Below are positions 39,365 to 53,150 of a DNA stretch of 64,000 nt, piece after piece. Every line of letters begins with the position of its first letter. The first letter of the stretch is position 1. Under the pieces are notes generated by a model, which saw only the letters and a list, made by a program, of their open reading frames with translations, searched no databases and was not told the origin of the DNA. The translations under genes were made by a program, and so were the position numbers. The stretch is from Camelus ferus (lineage: Eukaryota), in NCBI RefSeq assembly GCF_009834535.1, contig NC_045696.1:113958001-114022000 (forward strand). The letters run 5' to 3'.

Positions 39365-41384
39365 GCTAGGAATTAGAGGAGGCTAACAGCTGAGTGCGAT
39401 GATAATAGAACTGAAGAGGCAGGAGACTGTGAGTGATGGGGAGGGCAGTCAAAGAGAACCCACTAAAACTACCATTATCCCTGTTGGTCCCATGCGTATA
39501 GCATGGGACCAAAGCTGTGCCCTCTGAGGAACAACCAGAGAGGGCCATTCTGTGCTACAAGCCCTTGGCTAATCACAGGGTAAATGCATAACCTCGCTGA
39601 ATAGTGAACCTTGGAGAACATTATGTTAAGTCACCAAAAATGTGTATGACTCATAAACAAGCCCCAACAAATTTAAGAGGATAGAAATTATTTCAAGCTT
39701 CTTTTCCACCCAGAACAAAATGAAACTAGAAACCAACTACAGAAAGAGAAATGAGGGGAAAAAAAAAATGACTTCATGGAGACTAAACAACATGTACCTA
39801 AAAAATGAATGGGTCAACAATGAAATCAAAGAGGAAATTAAAAAATCCCCTGAGACAATTAACAATGAAAACAACTACACAAAATCTATGGGATATGGCA
39901 AAAGTACTCCTAAGAGGAAAGTTCACTGTGATACAGCAACACATCATAAAACAAATTTTAAAAAACCTCAGATAAACAACCTAACCTACCACCTAAAAGA
40001 ATTTTAAAAAGAAGAACAAACAAAACCTAAAGTCAGCAGAAGAAAAGAAATAATAAACGTCCGAGAGGAAATAAATAAAAGAGATTTTTTAAAAATAGAA
40101 AAAAAATCAATAAAACCAAGAGCTGGTTTTCAGAAACAGTAAACAAAATTGACAAACCTCTGGCCAGGCTCACAAGAAGAAAAGGGAGAGGACCCAAATA
40201 AACAAAACAAGAAATGAAAGAGGAGAAATAACAACCAATACCAGATACACAAAAAAACCATAAGAAGATAGTATGAACAATTATATGGCAAGAAACTGGA
40301 CAGCCTAGAAGAAATGGACAAGTTTCTAGAAACAAAAAGTCCACCAAAACTGAATCAAAACGAAATAGATAATTTGAACAGACTGATCACTAGAAGTGAA
40401 ATGCAATCTAATCAAAAAAGACCTCCCTGCACACAAAAGTCCAGGACCAGATGGCTTCACTGGGGAATTCCACAAAACATATAAATAAGAACTTATACCA
40501 ATCTTTCTCAAATTCTCATTCCCAAACTCATTCTATGAAGCCATCATCACCCTGATACCAAATACAGACAAGCTACCAAAAACAAAAAATTACAGGGCAA
40601 TACCTCTGATGAATACAGATGCAAAAATTGTCAACAAAATATTAACAAACCAAATCTAACAACACATAAAAAACATCATACACTACCATTAAGTAAGATT
40701 CATCCCAGGGATATAAGGATGGTTCAACAAATCAATCAATGAGATATACCACATCAACAAAAAAAGAGGACAAAAATCACATGATCATCTCAATAGATGC
40801 AGAAAAAGCATTTGATAAAATTCAATATCCATTCATGATAAAAACTCTTACTAAAGTGGGTACAGAGGGAACATATCTCAACATAATAAAACCTATTTAT
40901 GACAAACCCACAGACAATATTCAATGGTGAAAAGTTGAGAACCTTCCCACTAAAATCTGGAACAAGACAAGGGTGCCCACTCTCACCACTTCTATTCAAC
41001 ATAATACTGCAAGTCCTAGCCACAGCAATCAGATAAGAAAAAGAAATAAAAGGGATCCAAATTGGAAGAGAAGAGGTAAAATTGTCACTATATGCAGATA
41101 ACATGATACTATATATATAAAACCCTAAAGACTTCACACAAAAACTACTAGAGCTAGTAAAGGAATTCAGCAAGGTAGCAGGATACAAGATTAACATATA
41201 GAAATCAGTTGCATTTCTTTACTACTAACAATGAAATATCAGGAAAGTTAAAAAAAAAAAAAAACAGTTCCTTTTAAAATTGCATCAAAAAAGTAAAATA
41301 ATTAGGAATAACCCTGACCAAGAAGGTGAAAAACTTGTATGCTGAGAACTATAAAACACTGATAAAGAAAATTAAAGATGATTT

Positions 41385-42337
41385 AAACAAACAACCCAAT
41401 CCAAAAATGGGCCAAAGATCTAAACAAGTAATTCTCCAAGGAAAAAACACAAATGATCATAGGCACATGAAAAAATGTTCAATATCACTAATTATCAGAG
41501 AAATGCAAATCAAAACTACAATGAGATATCATCTCACACCAGTCAGAATGGCCATCATTCAAAAGTCCACAAATGACAAATGCTGGAGAGGCTGTGAAGA
41601 AAAGGGAACCCTCCTACACTGCTGGTGGGAATGCAGTTTGGTGCAGCCACTGTGGAAAACAGTATGGAGATTCCTCAAAAGACTAGGAATAGACTTACCA
41701 TATGACCCAGGAATCCTGCTCCTGCGCATGTATCTAGAAGGAACCCTACTTCAAAATGACACTTGCACCCAAATGTTCATAGCAGCACTATTTACAATAA
41801 GCAAGACATGGAAACAGCCTAAATGTCCATCAACAGATGACTGGATAAAGAATAAGTGTTATTTATACAATAGAATACTATTCAGCCATAAAAACTGACA
41901 ACATAACGCCATTTGCAGCAACATGGATGTTCCTGGAGAATGCCATTCTAAGTGAAGTAAGCCAGAAAGAGAAAGAAAAATACCATATGCAATCGCTTAT
42001 ATGTGGAATCTAGAAAAAAAACAAAAACAAAACCAAAACATAAATACAAAACAGAAACAGACTCATAGACATAGAATACAAACTTGTGGTTGCCAAGGGG
42101 GTGGGGGCTGGGAAGGGACAGACTGGGATTTCAAAATGTAGAATAGATAAACAAGATTATATTGTATAACACAGGGAAATATATACAAGATCTTGTGGTA
42201 GCTCACAGAGAAAAAAATGTGACAATGAATATATGTACGTTTACGTATAACTGAAAAATTGTGCTCTACACTGGAATTTGGCACAACATTGTAAAATGAT
42301 TATAACTCAATAAAAAATGTTTGGAAAAAAAAAAAAA
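41385..42337 (+). mobile_element. Young lineage-type L1 3' end nested in the older L1
   Basis: Near-identical to 36543-37391, with its own aataaa and A13 tail; host ORF2 'aaagatgattt|aaagaaacggaaagatagcccatgctc' resumes after it. Confidence 0.92.
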
Positions 42338-43964
42338 GAAAGAAACGGAAAGATAGCCCATGCTCTTGGATTGGAAGAACTAATATTGTTAAAATGGCCA
42401 TACTACCCAAAGCTATCTACAGATATAATGCAATCCCTATCAAATTACCCGGGACATTTTTCGCAGAACTAGAACAAATCATCCTAAAATTTATATGGAA
42501 TCACAGAAGATCCAGAATTGCCAACACAACATTGAAGACAAAGAATGAGGCTGGAGGAATAACCCTCCCAGACTTCAGACAATACTACACAGCTACAGTA
42601 ATAACAACAGCATGGTACTGGTACAGGAACAGACATATGGATCAACGGAACAGAACAGAGAGCCCAAAAATAAACCCACACACCTACAGTCAATTAATCT
42701 TCGACAAAGGAGGAAAGAATATACAAGGGAGAAAAGACCATCTCTTCGACAAATGGTGTTAGGAAAGCTGGACAGCAGCATGTGAATCAGTGAAGTTAGA
42801 ACATTCCCTCACAACACACACACAAATAAACTCAAAATGGTTTAAAGACTTAAACATAAAACAGGACTATAAACCTCCTAGAAGAAAACATAGGCAAAAC
42901 ATTCTCTGACATAAATCTTAGCAATGTTCTCCCAGGGCAATAGAAATAAAAGCAAAAATAAACAAATGGGACCTAACTAAACTTACAAGCTTTTGCACAG
43001 CAAAGGAAACCATAAGCAAAACAAAAAGACAACCTATGGAATGGCAGAAAATATTTGCAAAGGATATGACTGACAAGGGATTAATTTCCAGATTATACAA
43101 AGAGCTCACACAGCTCAATAACAAAAAACAAACAACGTAATCCAAAAATGAGCAGAAGACCTAAACAAACATTCACCAATGAAGACATACAAATGACCAA
43201 TAGGCACATAAAAAATGCTCAATATTGCTAATTATCAGAGGAACACAAATCAAAACTACAATGAGGTATCACTTCACACCAGTCAGAATGGCCATCATTA
43301 AAAAATCCACAAAGGATAAATGCTGGAGACAGTGTGTAGAAAAGGGAACCCTCCTACACTGCTGGCAGGAATTTAGTTTGGTGCAGTCATTGCATACAAC
43401 AGCATGGCAATTACTTAAAAAACTAAAAATAGACTTACCATATGATCCAGTAACCCCACTCCTGGGCATATACCCAGAGAAAACTCCAATTCAAAAAGCT
43501 ACCTGCACCCCAATGTTCACAGCAGCACTATATACAATAACCAAGACACGGAAGCAACCTAAATGTCCACTGATAGATGACTGGATAAAGAAGCTGTGAT
43601 ATAGACACTGAATGGAATACTACTCAGCCATAAAAAGAATGAAATAATGCCATTTGCAGCAACATGAATGGACCTGGAGAATGTCATACTAAGTGAAGTA
43701 AGCCAGAAAGAATACTATATGATATCATTTATATATGGAATCTAAAAAAATGAGACAAATTAACTTATTTACAAAACAGAAACAGACTGACAGACATACG
43801 GATTACCAGGGGGGAGAGTGGAGGGTGGAGGACGAATTGGAAGTCCGGGACTTGCAGATATACACTACTGTGTGCAAAACAGATAAACAATAAAGTCCTA
43901 CTATGTTGCACAGGGAACTATATTCAATATCTTATAACAGCCTGTAATGAGAAAGAATATGAAA

Positions 43965-44005
43965 AGATAGATAGACAGACAGATAGATAGATAGATAGAT
44001 AGATA
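43965..44005. repeat. (GATA)n/(GACA)n microsatellite
   Basis: agatagatagacagacagatagatagatagatagatagata. Confidence 0.95.
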
Positions 44006-44083
44006 ACTGAATTACTATGCTGTACACCAGAAAATAACAATATTGTAAATCAACTCTACTTCAATAAAATTTTTCAAAAAAAA

Positions 44084-44285
44084 TACATGATTCCATTTAT
44101 ATGAAATGTCTAGAACAGTCAACTCTCCAGTGGCAAAGCAGGGCTGGAAGAATGGGAAATGGGGAGTGAATGCCAACGAGTACAGGTTTTCTCCTTGCGA
44201 ATGGTGGTTGCACAACTCTGTGAATACAGCACTAACTGATTTGTACGCTTTAAATGGGAGAACAGCTTAATAAAACTGTTAACTT
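44084..44285 (+). mobile_element. L1MB-type 3' end (right part; left part at ~39603-39651)
   Basis: 'tgattccatttatatgaaatgtctagaacag...ggtggttgcacaactctgtgaata' continues 'gaaccttggagaacattatgttaagt'. Confidence 0.7.
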
Positions 44286-46397
44286 CTCAAAACAGGCTGT
44301 TACAGCCTAGAACTTGCAAAGAATTAGAGAAGAGCAATACCTAAGATGCATAAAGAACATTGTGGGGCTATCACTTCAAACAGGTCAGACTGGGGACAGT
44401 GATGGCTTAATGCAGTCAATGGGCACAGAGAGGAGGGGACTAGTAAAGGGAAACACTGCACTGGTGGAACTGACAACACTTAGGACTGGATGTGAGGAAT
44501 TAAGGGGAGAAAGACGGGTAGGACAGACAACTCCCAGCACTTCAGCACTGGCTATCTTTGTACAAGGCACTGTGACAACACAAGTAAAACTTGGTTTTCC
44601 CCTGGGTAGAGTGCTTTGAGATACGGCTGCTACTAAGGCTATTCTTAAAGACTACTCTCAGATCCCACTATGGACACAAACCAGGAACGCTGGGATCTCA
44701 GCTATTTTTCATGACCTTGATACCAAAGGAGAAGGACAGCTTTTTGTCATAGGGTCATCACTGAGAATCAAATGTGTTCATTCACATCACAGAGCTCAGA
44801 ATAGTGTCTGGCATGTGGTCACCACCACATAAGTATTAGCTATAAAATGAAGAGAATTGCAGTGTATTATCGAGTTCAGCCTACAAACATGTCTAGGAAG
44901 GTAAAGATGACAGCATTTAAGAAGGTTATGCTCATCTGCAACTCTTCTCACCAAGAAAGTCAGTTCTGGCAGAACAGCCAGGCCAAGTTCACACCAAAGA
45001 GCTCATCAGGGCTAAGGCAGGGAAAGAGCAAAAAACAACAGACCTTATTGCCCCCTGTTCACTCAGGGAGATTAAAGTTTATAAAACTTTAATCAGGTTT
45101 TAATCAACTTTGGTTAATAAGGTCAGTTCAGAGTATTTATGCTATAAACTTGGTTTACAGCTTAAAATCAGTCATGGTTTGAAAATCCTTTATTCTCTAT
45201 AAAGTAACAGACTATCAATTTCTCTCCATTTAATGTTCACTGACTTCTAAGAATTAACACTCTCCTTTGTCAGGAAAATATTTTTTGACAACTGGAACAC
45301 TGCAAAGAAGGAAATCTTAAATAATACTCAAAAGTATATAAGAAAATATTAACTTACAAGACAATGTATATAAATAGATTGTTAAGTACATAGACATTCT
45401 GGCCAGTTTAACTCTTTCTTGCCTGTAAGTTTTGGAAAGTGTCTCTCTAATAAATATTTTCAAATTATAATCCATTAATAATGTATTTTAAAATATATGT
45501 TAATTAAATAGCAACTTCAGTTACAATAGTATAATTTGATTTGATACTGGATTCTATTTAATAAATGGAAATCAGAGAGATTCAATCAATGGGAGATGTT
45601 AGTAAAAGTTCTGAATATACTTCTGAAGTTGTTTTTATAGGATTTTTAAAATGGGGAAACGTGTTTAAAAAATAGAGAATTCAATTGTTTCAATTATATC
45701 TAACTCCCTTTTCAAAGGCAAACTATGGTATCATTGGAAATGATCTAATCCAACTCCTTTATTTTCTCAGATTAACAAACTGAAGTCCAGAGAATGTAAG
45801 CAACTTGACCAAGGTTGCACAGGCAGCCACTGACAACCCCAGTCTTTCTGATCATTAATAGTCCTCCCTCTCTTCCTGTCCACTCTCTCCTACTGAGAAA
45901 CAGGTTACACAGTCTAGTGAATAATTACATCACCACTATCTTATCCACACTGTCCAAAGGTGCCTCATCCTGTCAACTGAGATTTCCTTTCAGTTTGAGT
46001 CCTTCCACTTGACTGCATCACCTGAAGAGATCTTGTCTCGTTCCTCTCCATTCCTGATCTTCTCTCCCAAAGCTTGTCAACTTGGTAATATCTTTTCCCT
46101 CTCGACACTTAAGTCTAAGAGAATTCTTTAGCTATAGTAGTTTATCTTTTTAATCCCATAAAAAACAACTTCAGAAACATATTGAGAATATTTACTAATG
46201 TCTCCCTTTGGTACAATCTCTCTCATTTAGGTGGAAAGGACTAATGAAGTAGGTCTTTTTTTTAAAGAAAGAAGGAAAAACAAGAAGAAGAAGAAGGGAG
46301 ATCTCAGAACCTGAAACAGCTGAGGAACTAAGAATTCATTCTTAGTAACAGGGCAGTGAGGAGGAGGGTTATGATTAGGACACAAGAAACGGAAACT

Positions 46398-46714
46398 GAA
46401 AACAGACACAGACTCACAGACAGAAAACAAACTTATGGTTACCGGGGAGCAGGGGGTGGGGGGTGGGAAGGGATAAGTTGGGAATTTGAGATCTGCAGGA
46501 ACTAACATATATAAAGTAGATAAACAACAATTTCATGGTGTATAGCCCAGGGAACTGTATTTAATATCTAGTAGTAACTTATGGTGAAAAAGAATATGAA
46601 AATGAATACATGTATATTCATTTATGACTGAAGTATTATGCCATACACCAGAAATTGACACAACATTGTAAACTGGCTATACTTCAATAAATAAATAAAA
46701 AATAAATAAATAAA

Positions 46715-46748
<34 letters not shown>
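46398..46748 (+). mobile_element. L1 3'UTR fragment with (TAAA)n/(CA)n tail
   Basis: 'cagactcacagacagaaaacaaacttatggttacc', 'ttgacacaacattgtaaactggctatacttcaataaa'; (CA)15 at 46719-46748. Confidence 0.85.
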
Positions 46749-46750
<2 letters not shown>

Positions 46751-47015
46751 GAAACAAACAAAAGGTGAGTGTGATCCACTCTGGAGGACTGCTTGTAGTG
46801 TGGTGCTCAAAGGGGCTCAGCTCCAAATCTGGGTGACTGGCAGAAAAACTGTTAACAACCACAAGAAGTAAAGAGAGCGTGTTTGGGGATGTGCTTGGTG
46901 AATTAGACAATAGATCTTTTGAATTTGAGAAATGGTAGGACGTTCAAGTCAAAAAGCCAAATTAGAAGCTATTAAAGGAGGATGGATTTTGTAATATTGC
47001 TCTTAAAGCACTTAC

Positions 47016-47124
47016 CTCATTGCATTTTGGTATTCACATTAGTAACTACAATTCAGTGTTGGATAACACTAAGCTATAGTTACCAATGTAACTGTAGTTT
47101 CAAGTTATCTATGAAATTCAGTAT
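47016..47124 (-). other. Candidate non-coding exon containing a long hairpin
   Basis: Acceptor catctttgtcttccag|, donor GAG|gtaagt; stops in all three frames. Confidence 0.3.
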
Positions 47125-47146
47125 CTGGAAGACAAAGATGTTTTAC

Positions 47147-47691
47147 TGTGGTGATTTTAAAATATATCTATGAATTCTTTGATAATTCCCCCTTCAAAAG
47201 GCAGAGCCTAGTTCCCCTCCTGTTGAATGTGGGCCAGACTCAGTGATCTGCTTCTGATAAAAAGGATGTGATAGAACTGATGCTATGTGGCTTCTGAGGG
47301 ATTCCTTTTAGATAGTGCCTGCATCTCCCCTACCCATTTCCTTACTTCTTCCTCTCTCCCCTTCCCTCACCTCTCTCCAGAAAGCTTGCTCTAGAAGCCC
47401 ACCGTCTTTGCAACCTGCAGAGGCACCCACATGCAGAAAACACGAGGCCTCCTGTCAACAACCAGTACCAACCTGGCAGGCACACGACTGAGCCACCCTG
47501 AAGCCAGATCCTCCAGCCCCAGTCGAGCCTTCAGATGACTGCTATGCAGCAACTTCCTGAGAGACCCCCAAGGTGAAACTAGCTAAGCTGCACCCAAATT
47601 CCTGGCACACAGAAAGTATGAGATAATAAATGTTTAACTCACTACATTTTGGGGTAATTGGTTATGCAGTAATATATAAATAACTGATACA
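47147..47691 (+). mobile_element. MaLR LTR (MLT1F-like)
   Basis: TG..CA ends; 'gatcctccagccccagtcgagccttcagatgactgc', 'cccaaattcctggcacacagaaa..gagataataaatg', 'gttatgcag...taactgataca'. Confidence 0.85.
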
Positions 47692-48199
47692 TTTCTTTAC
47701 CATTATAGCTCTAGCACCCTGCACTGAAAACATAGTTGCCACTGAATAAATTAATGAGGTATTTGAAATAACACCTAGCACCTCAGCTATCATAACTATG
47801 TTCCCTTTCCTGAGCTACTCTTGCAGTCTATCCATAACATAGCAAATTTTGAGAGACTAACAGATGTCATGTGTCTAACAGGAATAACTATCTTCAAATG
47901 ATAAAAATCAAACTTCAAAAAAAAATACACAGTACAAAATTTTATAATGATTGTCAGTGATGGCAAAACCACTGTCATTACCTCAACATTTATTAGTGTA
48001 AAAACAATAACTTCTTTCTGTCCAGTCATCTTTCAGTTTTATTGTTAATTTAATTGAATACAATATAGAATGCAATGAATTCACAAGGAGGGATGACCAC
48101 AGCAATTTGAATAAACCATGGGCAGTGATAAAATGGTGGAAGAACTGACATCTGTCATCCTGAAGAAAAAAAAACTGGATAGCAGGCTCACAAGGGAAA

Positions 48200-48380
48200 G
48201 AAACTAATATCTGAATGCCTGCATTGCTCTGGGTACTGTAAACATTCCATCTCATTTAATCCTGACAGCAATCTAAAGCAAAGGTGTATTAACAATTTTC
48301 CAATTTGTCGTTCTAAGTAGACACAGCTAACAGGTAACGGAGCTAGGATCTAACGCTAGGTTCCGACTCCAGACTCTAAT
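48200..48380 (-). mobile_element. MIR SINE fragment
   Basis: 'atctcatttaatcctgacagc', 'cacagcta..ggagctaggatctaac...gactccaga'. Confidence 0.6.
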
Positions 48381-50732
48381 GCCAGCACCTGTGGACACTC
48401 CACTATCCATCCCAAGGCCACTTGTTAAAGCGTCTGAGGGAATCTGTAAAAATCTCAAGGCAATATTCGGGAAACTACTTCCCTTGAAGGGGCCACTTGA
48501 TTAGCAGGCAGGAGAAGTGTACACATATGCAAACTTAGGCATATTCAAAACTAAACTAATTTTGTGCTCCTACAAATCTTTTCCAATTGTGAATTATTCA
48601 GGTGTAGGGCATTAAGATGTTCATTTCTGTTTAATTCATGTATTGAGAACTACCAAATTGATTAAGTAAATCAAGAAATTTGTTTTTTTAAATAATTAAT
48701 AACTTAATTTTAAAATCCAATAACCTTTTTAAAAAACTCATTATAATTCATAAGCAACATTACTGAAGCCATATTATTATTTTATAGGCTCTGTACAATA
48801 TAAAAATATGATTGCTAAAACAATTCTTTAAACTGCTGTGTTGACCTTAGTATTTGCTTGCTGAACTCAACTTGTGGTTTGAAATAAGAACAGTATAGAT
48901 GCTTTCATTTAAATAAGCAAATTTTAAAAAGCCAATTTCCATCAGAGCAAGGAAATAAGAACAAACACATCAACATTTGTTCCCTTTCAAAGCCCCATTA
49001 AAATGGGAGTAAAACTTGTTTAAAAAAAAAGGCATAAATATATCAGTCTGGAGGTAAGGGGAGAACTGGAAAAAGCAATAAATTCTGGAAGCTGGAAAGC
49101 ACATAAACAAGTAATGATGATTTAGTGGATCTGAGAAACCTGGCCCATAATATACACAAGTGACTGAGGATTACTGGACATAAAAGACGAGAGTCAGAAA
49201 AGACAGAGCATCTCGGAAAAAGACTATAACAAAGGAAAAATTATTATCAATATACTCAGAAAAGTTATTTGCAACCTTAAAACCATATATATACTATTTC
49301 TTAATTTACAGAATAGAAAGAGGGCACAGAAAGTTTTATGTCTTACAGAACAAATTTTAATCAAATGTGGGCACCACTTCTTCCCAAAATATCTCCAAAG
49401 CAGCGTACTCCCTTTAAATTTCTTGGAATGATAAAGAATATGGTATTCTAAAGGTCAGCTTCTCTGCTGCTTTTCCTGCATAAGCATTATAAAGCCTATA
49501 ATGTCTTTATTAAACAAAAGGATTCCCGTGAACATATTGAGGAAATGTGTCAATCTTCCTTTAATCAGTTAGGTCAAATAGTTAAGATTTGCTTAATTTT
49601 CTTGATGAATTAATGTTTAATAATATATTATCTAAAGTCTGATATCTAAAATGTAATACCTAATATCTAAAGAATATCTGTCCGGATTGGTGAGAAAATA
49701 GTGAAATAAAACTCTTGCACATTATGCACTAGTCAGTCGGGCCAGGTTCTGAAATCAGTGTCCATGTTCAACAGTGGTTTCTGCTCCAGAGGTATCCACT
49801 GGTCCATCTGCCTGTCATCCAGATGGAATGACAGTACGGTAAGAAAGCCAACTAGGAGTAGCGAGGTGGAGAGAAGGTGTACATGTCTGGCCATAAATCA
49901 CAAATCAGTGCCACTAAGCAACAGTGACATTTGCAGTATGAAAGAAAGAGCTGTAACTAGGTGATTTACTCAACTCTTTGATTTGCTTTGATTGGAATCT
50001 TACTGATATCTATAACCTGAACAGTTTTATCTTCTTTGATAGATAGCTGCTCAGCATTCAGACATACACCATTCATTTCTGAAAATACAATGAATACATG
50101 TTCTGTGGGAGGCAAGGGGGAGGGGGTATACTGAACTAATATGATACTGCTCTTCAGATACAATCCACAACTAAAATATTGTTAGTGAGTTTAAGTAAAG
50201 GACTGTGTTTCTTTCCATGGAGGTCTGCTTCAGTTCTTGGACATACATCTCAGAATTATAGCACTGTCAGCTGTTAAGGGAACGGAGGCTTGGAGAGGTC
50301 AAATGACTTGCTCAGGATAACAGAATAGACAGATTTGGAATTAGATTTGGGCAAACAAAGCAGCTGATTTTCAATCATTAAACTAAGATGCAAAGATACT
50401 TCAAACCTTAGTTTATTTTATCTCCTTCAGTGGCTAGGTAGGTTTCTAGTACAAGTTTTCCTAAACACTTTGTTTTCAGTCTCTCCCTTTTAAATCTACC
50501 CTTAATTTCTGAAGGCTCAACCAATCATTAATTATTAATATGATAGTATCACCACTTTAACAAAATAATAAAACAGATAACAAAGGCTTAGTGTTAGAAA
50601 ATGAATGAAGGTCTCATGGTGATGTTCTCAGAAAACAGCAAAGTAAATGAAATAGGTAAGAAAAAAGAATGGTTATATTTTATACTGTCAAAAGAAAAGA
50701 AACATTAAATATTGTCTCCTACAAGGGACATA

Positions 50733-52086
50733 AATGTAGTTCTCAACGTGTGGGGCACAAACTTTTGAATACCCCAGAGACCCTTTTAGAGGGTCAATGA
50801 AGTCAAGACATTCTCATAATAGCAAGATCTCATGTGCCTTTTTCCCTGTGTTGACGTTTGTAATGACGATGCAAACTCAACAGTAGGTAAACTGCTGGTG
50901 CCTTATCTCAAAATCAAGGTAATGGCACCAAACAGTTCTACCCACCGTTAAAAAAGAAAAACAAACTGCTTCACTTATTCTTGATAAAGCAATAAAAATT
51001 ATTAGAAGTATTCAATATTGACCCTTGGGCATGCATAAAGCATTTCTACTGCATACCTAAATAGGATGCATGTGCTGAAGCAAAGCACTTGTGCATCTGT
51101 CAAGAGTTACAACCTATTAGCTGCTTTTTTCATGGAACACCATTTTTCCTTGAACGGATGACAGATAAATTATGCTTACTCAGACCTGGGTATATAGTGG
51201 GTATTTTCTAAAAATAATAACTGAATGAGACTGTCATATAGAGAACTTAAAGTATTTGTTGTCAATGATACAATCTGACCTTTTGAGCAAAAGAATCAGA
51301 GTTTTGGAAAACATATCTGCTACCAATACTTAAAAGATTTTTCTGATGTGATCATTGATTAGAGAATTGATTTTTTTATATTGCAAAATGAAATGTAACA
51401 ATATTTGGAAGGTTTGCATAGCTCATGATGTTACAAAATCACGCGTGGGTAAAGGATTCATCGAAAATATAAGAAAAAAATCTAAGTTAAACACGAGTGT
51501 GCACATGCATGCATACATACAGACACCTAACAAATAAGTGAATAAGTGCATGCATACAAAGTGTAAGACCGACCGGTGTATTTTAATGTAACACAGTAGG
51601 AAAAGTCCACTGATGTGGTTTCAGCTTCCATATTGCAATTAACCGACAAAAATTACCATCTGTCAACTGCTAGTTTATTATCAAAGAAAAATATCCACAT
51701 TATCTGAAAAAGCTGTTAAAATATTCTTCCTTTTTCCAACTGTATAAATGTGTGAGAATTTTCTTCATATAACTCAAGTAAAACAACATATCTCAAGAGA
51801 CTATAAAAGCAGAGTTTAGCTGTGGTCTAGTAAATCAGACATTAAAGAGATTCACAAAAATGTAAATGCTACTCTTCAAGGATTTTTCAGAATATACTTA
51901 AACTTAACATATTTTTCATAAAATTTCTGTTAACGTGGGATGGGTTTACTGCTGCTATTTAAACAAATGAGCAAGTAAATTGTATTTTAAATTTGTTTTA
52001 ACTCTTAACACAGTAAATATTGATATATAAGCCAATAATTTTTTCAGCATGTAAAGTCCTGAGACAAAAAAGCTTGAGAATTGATG
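50733..52086. mobile_element. hAT-Charlie DNA transposon (Charlie1a-like)
   Basis: Ends 'tagttctcaacgtgtgg' and 'gtcctgagacaaaaaagcttgagaa'; internal 'tttttcatggaacaccatttt', 'gtatttgttgtcaatgata', 'gatgtggtttcagcttccatattgcaa'. Confidence 0.8.
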
Positions 52087-53039
52087 ATTTAATAACGTGG
52101 CATAAAGAGTGCTTTCGACTTAAAAATTAAAAAAGGTCTCCATGTTTTTAAAGCTGATTCCAGTTATCTTTATTTGAAAATATTTGCCCCTTTTGCTAAA
52201 TCATCATATTTACCACACACCAAAGGTCTGTTCTATTCTTATAAAAAGTAAACAGTGAAATCAAATATACACTACACTGAACATAAACTGCCAATTCTTC
52301 CATGGAGGATTGTAGTTAACTGTTAACAGGAGAAACAAAATGACTCAATAGTCAAGGAGACTCATTAGAGTAGGGGTGCTAATAAACCCAGTGCCCTGGC
52401 TAGAATCCAACTCAGACAACTACATTCTACAGAGGGAGTTTGGGCAAGACTAAAAACATGACTACTATATTGGTCAGAATGTGGTAAGGATAACAGGTTA
52501 ACAGTCTAATTCCTATGAAGAGAGCCATGGGATCTTAACGGCCAACAGTGGTCAGAATCTAACTGTTGTACCTCAATAGACATTACCAGACTAAGCTACT
52601 CAGTTCTACTCCTAATAAGCTGTTGTGACCCTGGTTCAGTATCTTTACCTTTGTTTTGTTCCAAGTATCCTGAGTATAAGAAAAACAATAATCCTGCAGA
52701 TTTAAAATGCTACACTAGTCACTGGAAAGGCATCACCCCACATTCATGCAGAACGTGTATCTGCTATATAGATAATACTTCCTTAGAAAAGCTTCCTTAT
52801 TACCTAAGGGCAATGTTTCTCAACTGAAAAGAAATATTATTGTACGATTTCTGAAGTTGAATTAAACATGAAAATTTGTACCTGATTGAAAAAATAAATT
52901 GCACTTCCTTCTTTATCTGATAATGATTCTAAATAAAAGTTTAAAAAGTTCTAAAAGTGTATGTGTTTAATGTGTTGGTTCTAAAACCAACATAAAAGGA
53001 GAAATATTTCCTACAACAGGTATTAATAATACTCTAAAA

Positions 53040-53150
53040 CAGATTAGCAAGTTATGGCCCATAAACCATAGTTTTGGTAAAGTTTTACTGAAATACAACC
53101 ACATTCATTAGTTTCAAATATTATCTCTGGCTGCTTTCACATTGCCTTGG
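53040..53150. mobile_element. MER58-type hAT MITE fragment
   Basis: 'aaagttttactgaaatacaaccacattcatt...tggctgctttcac'. Confidence 0.6.

Larger units (their letters stand above)
39652..44083 (+). mobile_element. 5'-truncated L1 (degenerate ORF2 RT through 3'UTR), interrupted by a younger L1
   Basis: Peptides [18 protein letters not shown], 'ggaacaagacaagggtgcccactctcacca' ([10 protein letters not shown]), tatgcagataac (YADD-like), [19 protein letters not shown]; aataaa and A-run at 44063-44083. Confidence 0.95.

Noticed and set aside
41326..41898. Longest ORF in the track (190 aa)
   Set aside because: Chimeric read-through from the host L1 ORF2 into the nested L1 fragment; not a gene.
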